Below are positions 35,678 to 46,382 of a DNA stretch of 64,000 bases, piece by piece. The stretch comes from a virus: positions 20,745-84,744 of IMG/VR virus record IMGVR_UViG_3300017991_000090; one strand, written 5' to 3'. Positions within the stretch are counted from its first letter, which is position 1. Each line of letters starts with the position of its first letter. The translations under genes and the position numbers were made by a program. The notes beneath the pieces are model-generated. The model made no database searches. It was not told the DNA's origin and saw only the letters and a list, made by a program, of their open reading frames with translations.

Positions 35678-37338
35678 TTACTCCACAACAGTTTGCAGTC
35701 AACGTATTCTATCTGAATATGGCTCCGCTGCAGATGCCCGAAGCGTCAATGCGGCATCTGTATCCGCTTTATAATTTAAAATCCAACGCAATGATGTTTA
35801 AGTTTGGGCGGCAAACGCACAAATCTACTACGCTTGGATTTAAAGTGGCCCTCCCGGCAGTAAAGTATAGTCCATACCATGCACTGTATGTGGCACCTAC
35901 CGGACATCAGGTGTCAGTGTTCTCAACAGATAAGCTCAATAGCGCCCTGCGTGAATCTCATTTTATCCGTGACCATTACTTCGATACCAAGACTAAAGAC
36001 CAGGTTTCGTATAAAGAGCTTCGGAATGGAAGTAAGATTTATCTCCGGTCAGCGTTCCACACTGCTGACTCAATTCGTGGTATCTCGGCAGACCTGACAG
36101 CGATTGATGAGGTTCAGGACATAATCAGCGACCACATCCCGGTTATTGAACAGTCCATGAGTCATAGTCTTGCTAAATGGGATCATTTGGTAAAAGAACA
36201 GCCCAACCTCCCAATGCACCTTTTCAACAGTAAGATATACGCCGGAACACCTAAAACTGTTGAAAACACAATGGAGATATACTGGGAGCAGTCCACTCAG
36301 AATGAATGGATTATCAAGTGTGAAAACCAGGGTTGCAGAAAATACAATTTCATCAACGAATACAATATCGGTGACACTTGCCTGATATGTAATAAGTGTG
36401 GAAAGCCAATACATTACCGTGACGGGCAGTGGGTAGCTATGAATCCGGAAGGGTTTATTGACGGCTTCCGGTTGCCACAGATTGTTTTGAACTGGGTAAA
36501 TAACCCTAACAATTCAGAGGCCTGGCAGATTAATGTAATCCGGACAAGGAAGATTTACTCCACTGAGAAATATTTCAACGAAGTGCTGGCCCTTCCATAC
36601 GCTGCCGCCAAGCACCCTTTGAGTGTTGCTGAAATTAAAGCCTGTTGTCAACCATACGATATGGTCGAAGATACATGGGCCCCAAATGATAAAGTGGTCA
36701 AGGCCGGTTCAAATTTTGCAGGAATAGACTGGGGCAAGGGCGACACTGCGTCGGGAACTTCATATTCTATGCTTACTATCAGCACTTGGCATCAGGGTGT
36801 GTTTAAAGTATTATTTAAAAAGCGATACACCGGCAGGTTATCAGAACCAATTTCTCAGGTAAAGGATATGCTGAGAATAATCAACCTGTTTAAGTGCCTA
36901 CTGACTATAGCAGACACTGGTGACGGACGCACTTCAAACGCTATGATGGTTCAGTCACTCGGAGTAAACAGGTTCGCTGAAATTTATGAGCACGGATCTT
37001 TAAAGAAGAAAATTCGTTGGGATAAGGATAAAGGATATTATATTATAAATCGTACCCAGGTGATGACAGATTTTATCATGGAAATCAAAAGAGCCCAGGT
37101 ACAATTTTTTAAATATGAAGAATTCAAAGAGTTTCAGTCTGACTTTACCGGCATCTACGCTGAGTATAGTGAGAGGCTCAGAATGACCAAATATGACCAC
37201 AACGTTCCCGACGATGCCTTTCATTCATACATGTTCAGCAGGATAGCCTGTAAAATAGCCAGGGGTGAATACTCCAAGTATCTTACTGGCGGCGCTGATA
37301 CTGACTATTCAGAGCAGACGGTTATTACATTACCATAG
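35674..37338 (+). CDS. Terminase large subunit (GpA-like)
   Basis: GRQTHKST Walker A, IRGIS..AIDEVQD Walker B, GTP, CxxxxC/CxxC, GIDWG nuclease, PDDAFHS. Confidence 0.85.
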   Translation: MITPQQFAVNVFYLNMAPLQMPEASMRHLYPLYNLKSNAMMFKFGRQTHKSTTLGFKVALPAVKYSPYHALYVAPTGHQVSVFSTDKLNSALRESHFIRDHYFDTKTKDQVSYKELRNGSKIYLRSAFHTADSIRGISADLTAIDEVQDIISDHIPVIEQSMSHSLAKWDHLVKEQPNLPMHLFNSKIYAGTPKTVENTMEIYWEQSTQNEWIIKCENQGCRKYNFINEYNIGDTCLICNKCGKPIHYRDGQWVAMNPEGFIDGFRLPQIVLNWVNNPNNSEAWQINVIRTRKIYSTEKYFNEVLALPYAAAKHPLSVAEIKACCQPYDMVEDTWAPNDKVVKAGSNFAGIDWGKGDTASGTSYSMLTISTWHQGVFKVLFKKRYTGRLSEPISQVKDMLRIINLFKCLLTIADTGDGRTSNAMMVQSLGVNRFAEIYEHGSLKKKIRWDKDKGYYIINRTQVMTDFIMEIKRAQVQFFKYEEFKEFQSDFTGIYAEYSERLRMTKYDHNVPDDAFHSYMFSRIACKIARGEYSKYLTGGADTDYSEQTVITLP

Positions 37339-37340
37339 AG

Positions 37341-37697
37341 GTGAATATGCCATTTAAATCAAAAGCGCAAATGAGGGCATTTTTTGCAATGGAAGACCGG
37401 GGCGAGCTTCCAAAGGGAACTGCAAAAAAGTGGGCTAAGGAGACAAAGAATATCTCGTCGCTTCCCGAACACGTTAAAAAGGCATGTCTTATCAACTTTA
37501 TCAAGATTGCCAAAGAGCTGTTCGACCCTAATAAAACAAAGCCAATTCCGACTCGCATTATTCAGCAGGAAATGATAGCAACTGCCAAACAGGAGAAAAT
37601 GAAAGGCATGACCCCTGTTGAATACAGAAACGATTTAACCGCAAGACGGACTGGCGTTGTGCGCAGAAACAGACAGTCAGCGAAAGCAGCTGCTTAA
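37341..37697 (+). CDS. Small phage protein (MPFKSKAQ-type)
   Basis: MPFKSKAQMR...KWAKET...LPE N-terminal module; NFIKIA motif. Confidence 0.65.
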   Translation: MNMPFKSKAQMRAFFAMEDRGELPKGTAKKWAKETKNISSLPEHVKKACLINFIKIAKELFDPNKTKPIPTRIIQQEMIATAKQEKMKGMTPVEYRNDLTARRTGVVRRNRQSAKAAA

Positions 37698-38104
37698 TTA
37701 TTTTTCTTTAAGTGCTCCGGAACAAATAATCCGCCTTCCTGGATATATTTTTCCTTGTTGATGCTTAAAGTGCTTTCGATACTTGCTAAATCCTCACCTT
37801 GATGATGAAGCGCCGCTTCCTGCAATATCTCCTGAACAGTCTGTTCAAACAAATCATCATACTGCTCTTCTGACATTTGATACTCGCCGAGGTCAGTGTT
37901 TCTGAATTCTGTTATCAAATTCTTCTTAACCTCAACAACATAATCAGACTCAAGCCGGTCAGCGCCATGCTTAACCTGAATATGCTCAAAAAGCTTTGCC
38001 ACCCAATATTTGAATGTCATCTTAAGCAATTCTTTCCTATCCATTTCTGAATTAAGAATTGCTTCTTTCAAATCGCGCTGGAAATTAAAATCACTTTTTG
38101 ACAT
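37694..38104 (-). CDS. Hypothetical protein
   Basis: Start moved to ATG 38104 (MSKSDF), because the upstream AT-rich part looks like promoter. Confidence 0.6.
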   Translation of the reverse strand: MSKSDFNFQRDLKEAILNSEMDRKELLKMTFKYWVAKLFEHIQVKHGADRLESDYVVEVKKNLITEFRNTDLGEYQMSEEQYDDLFEQTVQEILQEAALHHQGEDLASIESTLSINKEKYIQEGGLFVPEHLKKNN

Positions 38105-38213
38105 AAGCCACCCATTATTTTGAAGTATATTAATTATATAATATAATTTAATAGAATTCGATAATAGTTGCAAGTGGTTAGCATATATGTTATATTTTTC
38201 TTAGAGGTGTTGC

Positions 38214-38465
38214 ATGTCAAAAATGTTACAAAATACAGAAGTATTACGAGCATTTACCAGTGAAATGGAAAAAAACGCCACTGTTTTCACTAAGATATTA
38301 TCAAAAATTAATCCCTTTTTGAAAGCAGGAAAAGAAGTGGTAAAAAAGAAACCTAACAGGTTTTTAAGCACAGGTAAAGAGCTTATGACCATCCCGCTTG
38401 TTGGAGGTGCGGTTCTGGGCGCTGGCAGTTTATACGGAGCTGTAACATTGCCACCAGAAATATAA
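38214..38465 (+). CDS. Probable virion protein
   Basis: AFTSEMEKNA motif; C-terminal hydrophobic segment. Confidence 0.6.
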   Translation: MSKMLQNTEVLRAFTSEMEKNATVFTKILSKINPFLKAGKEVVKKKPNRFLSTGKELMTIPLVGGAVLGAGSLYGAVTLPPEI

Positions 38466-38467
38466 TT

Positions 38468-39298
38468 ATGATCGAGTCAATTAAAGAAATTGCACATAAA
38501 ATAGCAGAAGAGTATCTTCTGACCGGTGACGACATGAATGAAGCACTGCTTGATTCATATCAATCCGGTGAAATTGAAAATCTGGAAGTATTAAAGCGGA
38601 TATGCGAAACAGCCAACCAGAATGTTTACCTCGCTTTATACCAGAACGACGATACAGATAAAACTAATATTACATTTGTCCTTGCTGATTATGATAAACT
38701 AAAAGGCGAAATCCAAAAAGGTGAAAAAGATATGGATAAATACCTAACTCCCCCAAATGATTTTCGTGGATTGTTAACTATGGTTGCTGGCGAGGCGCCG
38801 AAAGAAATTCCAGAATCTTCTGACGGCGGTGAAAAGGTTGCCGAGATTCATAAATTAGGCCAATACAAGAATGTCTTTGAGGCCTTTTTTAGTGACATTC
38901 AGTCTTTACGAACACATGAAGAGATGAATGCTGACCGGGCTTTTGAAAAGATGTCGCTTGACGCAAAGACCATGATAGCAAATGGAGAGTCGCTTGGTGA
39001 CATCTCTAAGGTGGCGTGTCGCTTTGTGCGTGATGAGGGCTACGACTTTAAAAAGGTCGCTCTCGCATACGATATGATTCACAGAGAGTTGTTAGAGAAG
39101 AATTTTAAAGTCAATACAAGCTTTACCAAAACGTCTTCCATCAGAAGGATTAATCGTAACGCAGATATGTTGCAGCCGGTAAACGAGTACATATCATCTG
39201 TTGAGAAAATTGCCGCACTGAATGATATGTTAAAAAATCTCGGCCACACTGTATCAAAAATGCGTGAACTGTTTACTGAAAAAATAAAGCAGTCTTAA
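38468..39298 (+). CDS. Probable head-associated protein
   Basis: 276 aa, helical, with EKVA and EKIA motifs. Confidence 0.65.
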   Translation: MIESIKEIAHKIAEEYLLTGDDMNEALLDSYQSGEIENLEVLKRICETANQNVYLALYQNDDTDKTNITFVLADYDKLKGEIQKGEKDMDKYLTPPNDFRGLLTMVAGEAPKEIPESSDGGEKVAEIHKLGQYKNVFEAFFSDIQSLRTHEEMNADRAFEKMSLDAKTMIANGESLGDISKVACRFVRDEGYDFKKVALAYDMIHRELLEKNFKVNTSFTKTSSIRRINRNADMLQPVNEYISSVEKIAALNDMLKNLGHTVSKMRELFTEKIKQS

Positions 39299-39299
39299 T

Positions 39300-39992
39300 A
39301 TGCAAATGCCAGATTGGGAAGAAAAAACTGACCGGTTTGAACGTCGGATTGCCGAAAAGGTTATAAAGCCAGACGATGAACCGTTTGGCGAAACACGCAA
39401 AGATAAATTGTTGGCTGCTGGCCTCGGGGCTATATCAGGCCTGGCTTTCAGCATGGCTCCACTTCTCGTCAAAAGGAAGCCACGACTGCGTGATATGATT
39501 GAAGATACATTGAAGGGTTCTATCGTCGGAATCACAGCACCAACCTTAGCAAATGTCATATTGAAAGAAAAGCGCGGTGAGCTTCCGTCAAGCGCAGTTG
39601 ATGAAGAATATGCGAAGCGCCGCGAAATGAAGCAGGATGTTGATACCATTGTTGCCGCATATCCTATGAAAAAAGAGTCAGGGCTTTTAACCACACCTCT
39701 ACGGTTCGCCGCCGGTGCCGGTAAAAATGTCGGCGGAGCGCTTTGGAGAGGCGCACTGGCAAATCCTTTCAGTAAAAAGATTGGGGTTGGTGAAAGAATA
39801 TGGGGAGCAGCCGTAAAAGGCGGAGCGCTTTATGGTGGGATTAAAGGGGTGAAAGCAGTTCGGGCATCCAGGCAAAGGTCAGGAACTAATTATGCAACGC
39901 TCCTCCGAAATAACATCCTTGCTGGAAACATTAAACCTCACCAATTGTCTCAGGCTGACTTGATAGCAGTCAGACAGTTAGGGATGAAATAA
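39300..39992 (+). CDS. Probable virion protein with hydrophobic Gly-rich segments
   Basis: 230 aa in a tightly packed operon. Confidence 0.6.
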   Translation: MQMPDWEEKTDRFERRIAEKVIKPDDEPFGETRKDKLLAAGLGAISGLAFSMAPLLVKRKPRLRDMIEDTLKGSIVGITAPTLANVILKEKRGELPSSAVDEEYAKRREMKQDVDTIVAAYPMKKESGLLTTPLRFAAGAGKNVGGALWRGALANPFSKKIGVGERIWGAAVKGGALYGGIKGVKAVRASRQRSGTNYATLLRNNILAGNIKPHQLSQADLIAVRQLGMK

Positions 39993-39993
39993 T

Positions 39994-40245
39994 ATGGATG
40001 CAAAGTGGAAAGCTTTTTTCAATACCGCAATGGAAAAAACAGCTCTTGTAGGTTCTGCTATTTATGGTGGCCTTTCTTTATGGTCTCTTAAAGACAGAAA
40101 TCAACAGCTTCAAAATATTGCAAAAATAGACCCAGTGCAAAGGGACCGCGACGCAAGATTACAATTAAAACCGTCCAGTGCATATCAATTTGAGGGTGGG
40201 AAAAGGTCGGGCACGCCGGGATTAGTGAACCCTCATCGTATGTAA
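39994..40245 (+). CDS. Probable virion protein
   Basis: AFFNTAMEKTA motif. Confidence 0.6.
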   Translation: MDAKWKAFFNTAMEKTALVGSAIYGGLSLWSLKDRNQQLQNIAKIDPVQRDRDARLQLKPSSAYQFEGGKRSGTPGLVNPHRM

Positions 40246-40255
40246 AGGAGCCAAT

Positions 40256-40849
40256 ATGACAGAAAACATAAAAACTGCTGCTGAAAACCTTAAAGCAAAA
40301 GGTGTAATCAGCGATGAAGAGTACGACATACTGTGTAAATTTGCTGCATTTACTATTGGTAAAAAAGCGCCTACCGGCCTGAAAGGTTTATGGGCAAAAT
40401 TTACCGGTTCGGGCAGCAAGTCCGGAATCAAAATTATGGGCAAGGGCAAAGGTAAGAAAAAGGCTTTTGATATAGCCAAAGGCGACCTTATGCCTTATGC
40501 TGTTATTGGTGCTGGCGCTCTTGCAGGTAAAGAAGTTGTCGTTGACCCGATTATACAGGCAACAAAAATAAAACGCTCATATGACGCAATGACTAAAAAG
40601 GTGCCACAGCTGGCAGAAAAAGACCAGGAGCAGCTCAAAGACTATTTCAATGTCGTAAAGACCTTCTCCCCAAGAACTGCCAGCAACCCACTGGTCGCAG
40701 GTCACCTTGTCAATAAAATGATAGAGTTCGGCGGTGTTGACCATAAGCTCGTTCAGGATATTGCATCTATTGAGGCTGGGCTCACGCCGACGAAAATTGT
40801 TCCCGGCGCTCTTGAAGCTGGGGCGAAAGCTGTAGCCGGCGCCCCATAA
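40256..40849 (+). CDS. Probable virion protein
   Basis: IKTAA and LCKFAA motifs; AAGGAG RBS. Confidence 0.65.
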   Translation: MTENIKTAAENLKAKGVISDEEYDILCKFAAFTIGKKAPTGLKGLWAKFTGSGSKSGIKIMGKGKGKKKAFDIAKGDLMPYAVIGAGALAGKEVVVDPIIQATKIKRSYDAMTKKVPQLAEKDQEQLKDYFNVVKTFSPRTASNPLVAGHLVNKMIEFGGVDHKLVQDIASIEAGLTPTKIVPGALEAGAKAVAGAP

Positions 40850-40861
40850 GAAAGGACTGAT

Positions 40862-41203
40862 ATGATACCGCTGGACGGGATGGATACTTATATTGAGAAA
40901 AGGGCCGCGCCAATCGGAGACAGTATAGCAAAACTTGTCGGGAAAGGTGCGAAGGGTCTTTTTAATGTTGTGCGTCGCTATCCAAAAACAACCATTGGCG
41001 TTGTCGGAGCTGGTGCTTTAGCTACCGGCGTTTCAGACCGGGTACATGACCTATATAATATTCTCAGTGAAATGCGGAAGCGCAGAACAATGAAGAAAGA
41101 GGTTATACCGACCCTCAAACAGATAGCACAAAATACGGCACCTCCTCCAACAGAGGCGACTCCACCTGAACAACAGAAATTAATGGTACTACCATTAACA
41201 TAA
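40862..41203 (+). CDS. Probable virion protein
   Basis: YIEKRAA motif; hydrophobic Gly-rich segment. Confidence 0.6.
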   Translation: MIPLDGMDTYIEKRAAPIGDSIAKLVGKGAKGLFNVVRRYPKTTIGVVGAGALATGVSDRVHDLYNILSEMRKRRTMKKEVIPTLKQIAQNTAPPPTEATPPEQQKLMVLPLT

Positions 41204-41210
41204 AAATATT

Positions 41211-43019
41211 ATGATAAAATACATTACATGCGACTCCATTGATGAGAATGGCCAACACATTGTTCCGGTAAATTCACTTTACCAGATGAATAAGACCGCG
41301 GCAAGTAATTATGCTCCGGAAATTATGAAGGTTATTCTTCATATGAAGCGTAAACCTGACCGATATTATGTTGTGGTTAACGCTCTTGGCTCATACGAGA
41401 TATGGGGTTCGAATCGTAATGGTGATGCCTTTCCAGAGGTTGGCCTTGCCCACAAGTCATTAAGAACAGATATGGGCACGCCAAACGATTACGGGTACAA
41501 AACCTTCGAATACTATGCCAAATTTTATAAGCACCATGTCAATAAAGACCCGAAGCGCTCCTTCGGTGAAATTATCTTCTCACACTGGAACCCGGTACTG
41601 CATCGTGTAGAGCTTATTGTAGCCATAAATACAAAATCTGGTGCCGATGTTATTGAGGCTCTTGAAAAAGGAGATCATGTTGCCGTCTCGATGGGGTGTA
41701 AGGTAAAGTTTGACAGATGTAACATATGCGGAAATAAAGCCAAGACCAGAAAGTCCTACTGCAAGCACGCTAAAAACCATCTCGGTAAAATCATTACAGA
41801 AGACCTTGCAAAATTGTGGTCAAGAGAATTAGGCAAGGTGATTCTTCCTGGAACACAGGTGTTCGTTTATAATGACTTTCCAAGATTTTTTGATTTATCC
41901 AGAGTTTTTGTCGGCGCAGACAGAATTTCGTATGTTCTTGGAAAAGCCGCATCGGCCGGCCCGATTATACTGTCAACAGATTTAGCTGACGCATACGGTG
42001 TTACTGATGATATGGTTGATAAGTTTGCGCAGGTGAGTAAAAAGAGTGAAATCAGCAAAAACATCGGTGGAACGCTCGGCCCTGATGATATTGACGGTAG
42101 AATGCAGCCAGCAAGCAAAGTCACTTTATTAAGAAAAGCCCTTGATGAAAAAGTGAATAACTCTATTGCCGCCGAACCAAAACTCCCTCGACAGCTTATT
42201 GATTCAATGGCGTCCACGCTGTCATTGAGCACTATCTTCTCAACACTTCTTGGCCTTGGTATACACCCAAAGCCTGAAGAATTCCAGCGTATTGTTTTAA
42301 TACGGATACGACAAAAACCCCTTGCAGACGAGTTGGATAATAAAGGTATTATATTCAACTATAGGGACGAAGCTGAACCACAACATCTTGATATATCCAA
42401 CAGCAACTTCAGCAACACCTTGGGTCGTCTGCTTGTTCCACATTTACAATCGAGAAGTTGTTTCCCCAGCTTTCTTGAGCCTCGCATCAAATCAATAATG
42501 ATGATAAAGACCGGGCAGTTTGAAGAGTCGCCTGCTGAATATAAACCAAGCCCACTACACGCATTGGCCGGGCTTGTTGCTTTATACACAGGGTTGAAGT
42601 TAAAAGCGAAAGGGTATGGCCCGAAGCAGCTTGCCGATGTGTTTTCAAAACCATGGCTCCAAGCAGTTATAGGTGGTGGCGCTGTTGCGACAATATATAA
42701 TAAAATTAATAAGAAAAAAGATGATGAAATGTTCAGGCCTGCAATTGACTATGAAAACATACTACAGGATACTAACTTTTCAGGCCACATTAAACAGTCT
42801 GGCGCTCGTGAGGCGGCATACGGCTATGGTTTACTTGCCAGTGCTCTGGCATTACCAAGTGCATATGTAGCCAACGTATACAATCAAAAGTCATTACGAA
42901 CCAAAGGTCGCAAGCTATTTCCTGGTGCTGGAACAGACCCTCGAGTTGCTGCTGGAGGTGCTGGTATATCAGCTGCTGGAATTACATCGCTGATTAAAAA
43001 ATTACCTAAAAAAGGTTAG
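41211..43019 (+). CDS. Putative prohead (maturation) protease
   Basis: His motif (YKHHVN), VSMGC putative catalytic Ser, CNICG..C.H and FFDLSRV; precedes scaffold and capsid genes. Confidence 0.6.
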   Translation: MIKYITCDSIDENGQHIVPVNSLYQMNKTAASNYAPEIMKVILHMKRKPDRYYVVVNALGSYEIWGSNRNGDAFPEVGLAHKSLRTDMGTPNDYGYKTFEYYAKFYKHHVNKDPKRSFGEIIFSHWNPVLHRVELIVAINTKSGADVIEALEKGDHVAVSMGCKVKFDRCNICGNKAKTRKSYCKHAKNHLGKIITEDLAKLWSRELGKVILPGTQVFVYNDFPRFFDLSRVFVGADRISYVLGKAASAGPIILSTDLADAYGVTDDMVDKFAQVSKKSEISKNIGGTLGPDDIDGRMQPASKVTLLRKALDEKVNNSIAAEPKLPRQLIDSMASTLSLSTIFSTLLGLGIHPKPEEFQRIVLIRIRQKPLADELDNKGIIFNYRDEAEPQHLDISNSNFSNTLGRLLVPHLQSRSCFPSFLEPRIKSIMMIKTGQFEESPAEYKPSPLHALAGLVALYTGLKLKAKGYGPKQLADVFSKPWLQAVIGGGAVATIYNKINKKKDDEMFRPAIDYENILQDTNFSGHIKQSGAREAAYGYGLLASALALPSAYVANVYNQKSLRTKGRKLFPGAGTDPRVAAGGAGISAAGITSLIKKLPKKG

Positions 43020-43144
43020 GATATATATAATTTAATTATATTTAATTATTGAAAATTTATTGCATTCAATATATCATGAACTTATATTGTTAATAAATGC
43101 AAAGTTGAAATAACTTTTTTTTAATCCATCGATGGAGGTTATAA

Positions 43145-44143
43145 ATGAGTAAGACCAAGAAAACAACTTTTGAGGATCATCTCAATATTGTTGAGGCTGG
43201 TCAGAAAACAGCATCTGCCAACGCTGTTGATGGTGACAACCAGGGCAGTTTGCTTGACAAATTAGCTTCAGAACTTGATGATGGTTCTGAAAAGACTGCT
43301 GCTGAGAGTGTTACCGATGAGGCAGCTCCCTCAAATGAAGGTGAAGTTCAACCTGCAGATTCCAGTGTCGCTGGTGCCGCCGAGCCGGTAGTAGCCGCCA
43401 CTGAAGGTGTTGCAACCCCTCAGACCGAAATTGCCGGTGGAAATAACGCCGAAGCTATGGCCGGTGAGCAGCCTGCTGCTACAAAGCAAAACGAAGGTAC
43501 CGCAATTTCAGCCGGTGATGGCAAAGTCACTGATGCAAACATGCTTCATAAGACTCCCGCCGCTGTTGCCGAAGCGGTTGAGCCGACAAACAAGACAGCC
43601 AGTGATGACCAGATAAAAGAGGCCGAAGCTATTGGTACCAAAATAGCAGAAGCTTTCTATGGACACATTGAAAAGCTGGCAAAAGATGAAGAGTACACTG
43701 AAGCTCTGAATCTTCTTGATGAGACCGGTCTGCTTGAAGGTTACAATATCAAAGACTCCGGCATGAACAAAACTGCTGAAGAAGACAACACTGACTATCT
43801 CGCAAAAATTGCTGCCAAGAATGAAACTCTGACCAGAGATGACATTATTGGTGGTGCGCGTCAGTATCTCGGCCTGGTTAAAGAAGCCCAGGACGCAGAA
43901 GAGCAGGGCAGACAGGACGCCCGTGACTTGGTTGCATTCCTTGAGGAATATGAGCAGACCAAGACCGCTTCAGCCGAAACCGAGAAAACAGCAGAGGCAA
44001 AGCCGGCCGAAGAAACACCCGCGGCGGAAGCGAAGGAAACAAAAACTGAGAAGCCCGCTGAAGAGACAAAGGTTGCAACTCTGCTGAAAGACAAAGATGT
44101 TGTCTCAGCTGTTAAACTGTTGAAAGAAAAAGGCGTCATTTAA
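43145..44143 (+). CDS. Putative capsid scaffolding/core protein
   Basis: Acidic, Ala-rich, low complexity, about ten K-x-A motifs; lies between protease and capsid. Confidence 0.55.
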   Translation: MSKTKKTTFEDHLNIVEAGQKTASANAVDGDNQGSLLDKLASELDDGSEKTAAESVTDEAAPSNEGEVQPADSSVAGAAEPVVAATEGVATPQTEIAGGNNAEAMAGEQPAATKQNEGTAISAGDGKVTDANMLHKTPAAVAEAVEPTNKTASDDQIKEAEAIGTKIAEAFYGHIEKLAKDEEYTEALNLLDETGLLEGYNIKDSGMNKTAEEDNTDYLAKIAAKNETLTRDDIIGGARQYLGLVKEAQDAEEQGRQDARDLVAFLEEYEQTKTASAETEKTAEAKPAEETPAAEAKETKTEKPAEETKVATLLKDKDVVSAVKLLKEKGVI

Positions 44144-44175
44144 TAAGTCTTCTTTATTCCTGAAGGAGGCTGTTA

Positions 44176-44682
44176 ATGGTCTTTAACCAAAACATTGGTC
44201 AGCTCATCTTAAGCTATTTGGCAAAAGATGGTCAGACCGAAAAGACAGCTTCAGAAGATTTTTCTTCTGAAGAGGCTAAGAAGATTTCTGCAGGCCTGAT
44301 AAAGGTCGCATCGTTCCCATGTAATGAGGACGTATACGACTCGGTCCAAGAAATCATGAAAATAGCCGCTGAATGTATAAACAGTGTATCGGAATCTCTT
44401 AAATCCGTACAAGAGCGTAACGATGGCCTTGAAAAAGCCGCTGAAGTAAGATGCCTGCTGGATGATATGATTCGTTTCGGGATTGTTGATGAATCAGGTG
44501 TCGAGGAAAAAGTTGCTGAATTAATGAATAAAGAGAAGCGCGAATTGGACGTTATTAAAGAAGCGACAAAGATTGCTCAGAACGGAAAAGGAGAAAGTTT
44601 AATTTTTGACAAGGTAGCAAACGAACAGCCAGGCGGGAAGTCAGAAAAACGCGGTATGTTTGATTCAGTCCTTGATAGTTAA
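44176..44682 (+). CDS. Putative scaffold-like head protein
   Basis: Helical, with EKTA, IKVA, MKIA, EKAA, IKEA and DKVA motifs. Confidence 0.55.
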   Translation: MVFNQNIGQLILSYLAKDGQTEKTASEDFSSEEAKKISAGLIKVASFPCNEDVYDSVQEIMKIAAECINSVSESLKSVQERNDGLEKAAEVRCLLDDMIRFGIVDESGVEEKVAELMNKEKRELDVIKEATKIAQNGKGESLIFDKVANEQPGGKSEKRGMFDSVLDS

Positions 44683-44712
44683 CTTTTTTTTAACCATTAA
44701 CTGGGAGCAATC

Positions 44713-45174
44713 GTGCTTGAGATTTTAACTCATTTCAACAAAATTGACAGAGTTTCTCGCGTAATTGATCCTGATAACTTTCTTGCTGTTCCCGGAATCT
44801 GGGCAGAAGTAGCTGATGACGGCTCGCTCGTCAACATTACTACTGCCACCCCAGCAGCTATCAATAAGCTCGTTGTTGGTAACAGGTCGGACAACATTTA
44901 TGAGTCTCACGACTCATCGGTTGGCCGTATTACCACCATGGAGACTATTGGTATCCGGGTCAAAGTGGACAGTGAAGGTTATGACGGAACAATCAACAAG
45001 GGAGACCTGCTTGTTCCTTCTGCCGCAGACGGCACCGAAGGTAAGCTTGTTTCGACAGTAGAAACTACCGAGACTGGTGATTTCGAAGTTGTCGCCCGCT
45101 GCGAAGAGGTAGGCACGGACTACATTGTGTACAAAACAATTTCTCCGGAAATTGTCACTCTGGCAGGTCCGTAA
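44713..45174 (+). CDS. Putative capsid decoration/cement protein
   Basis: Beta-rich 153 aa (KGDLLV..GKL) directly upstream of the major capsid gene. Confidence 0.5.
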   Translation: MLEILTHFNKIDRVSRVIDPDNFLAVPGIWAEVADDGSLVNITTATPAAINKLVVGNRSDNIYESHDSSVGRITTMETIGIRVKVDSEGYDGTINKGDLLVPSAADGTEGKLVSTVETTETGDFEVVARCEEVGTDYIVYKTISPEIVTLAGP

Positions 45175-45269
45175 ACCGGTAAGTAAATAAATGCCCGGGC
45201 CGAGCTATAATCGGCCCATTTTAAAAAACTAAAACTATTTAAACTATTTAAAGTAATCAAGGAGCAGCT

Positions 45270-46295
45270 ATGAACGAAACAATCACTGCAATACAAAGCA
45301 ATGATGCGTTTCTTGAGAAGCTTGGCACAGTCGAGGGTCAGGCACAGCTGTCCGAGGCCGGTCGTCAGTATGTTAAGACCGAACTGCAGGAAGCTGCGTT
45401 TACTCGCGCCATAATTCCCCAGGAACCGATCACAGTCGCTGACTGTCAGAGAAATGTCAATGACAACTCTCTGTATTTAATCCGTGATATCGAACCAGAC
45501 GCTTCCGCGGTTGCCGTTGACAACCTTGGTGAGCCCAATGGTAAGTACGTAAAGGGCGAACGGTATATCATACCTGTCGTCAATTTCGTAACCAAACGTT
45601 TCCAGATAACCGTCGAAGACCTTCGTGCCTATCAGTACAAAATCACGAAGAGAATCGAAGACAAATCAGTTCCGGTTCTGGAAAAGCTTGAAGACAAATA
45701 CTTCATGCGTCTTTGCGGCGCAGCTCTTGCAGTTGCTCCCGACACCACGAGAAAGGTTCTGAAGTACACCGGCACCAACGATCTTGAGCTTGCACAGGGC
45801 GACCTGGTCAAGATTAAGAACACTCTGTCTGCCGGTATCAATGGCTCAGACCCGAAACGGAAAGAAGTTGCCTGCATTCTGATGTGCCAGGAAGCTTTCG
45901 AAACCGCAGTATTCCTTCCCGGCGCCGGCGACGACTTCGGTAAGGATCGTATCCAGCATGGTATCACCTCAGACACTCTGCACGGGACCAAGATTATCAA
46001 GACTATCAAGAGTGATCTGCTTCCTGTTGGACACCTTTTTGCTTTCACCACTCCCGACTTCCTGGGTCACAACTTTGCTCTCGGTGATCCCAGTTTCGAA
46101 ATCAAGTCGAATTTCGGCCTGATTGAGTGGCAGACCAAAGAATCAATTGCTACCGGTATTGGTAATGCACTGTCCGTAGCGCTTCTTACCCTTAAGGGTT
46201 CGGTTAATCCTGGTGGGTCAACAGACCTCGAAGTTGCAACCGACGGAACGCTGCCTTCAAACATTTCCGATTACTACGCCGGATTAGTAATATAA
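45270..46295 (+). CDS. Major capsid protein (HK97 fold inferred)
   Basis: 341 aa, strong RBS, C-ending codon bias, follows protease/scaffold/decoration, strong terminator after; LEKLEDKYF spine-helix-like segment. Confidence 0.75.
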   Translation: MNETITAIQSNDAFLEKLGTVEGQAQLSEAGRQYVKTELQEAAFTRAIIPQEPITVADCQRNVNDNSLYLIRDIEPDASAVAVDNLGEPNGKYVKGERYIIPVVNFVTKRFQITVEDLRAYQYKITKRIEDKSVPVLEKLEDKYFMRLCGAALAVAPDTTRKVLKYTGTNDLELAQGDLVKIKNTLSAGINGSDPKRKEVACILMCQEAFETAVFLPGAGDDFGKDRIQHGITSDTLHGTKIIKTIKSDLLPVGHLFAFTTPDFLGHNFALGDPSFEIKSNFGLIEWQTKESIATGIGNALSVALLTLKGSVNPGGSTDLEVATDGTLPSNISDYYAGLVI

Positions 46296-46326
46296 CGAAA
46301 CCGAGGTGTGAAAAGTAATAGATAGA

Positions 46327-46358
46327 GGCCCTGCCCAGGTGTTGGGCTGGGCCTTTTT
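46327..46358 (+). terminator. Intrinsic terminator after capsid gene
   Basis: GGCCCtGCCCA-ggtgt-TGGGCtGGGCC-TTTTT. Confidence 0.75.
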
Positions 46359-46382
46359 TAATTATTAATCTTTTAAAGAGGG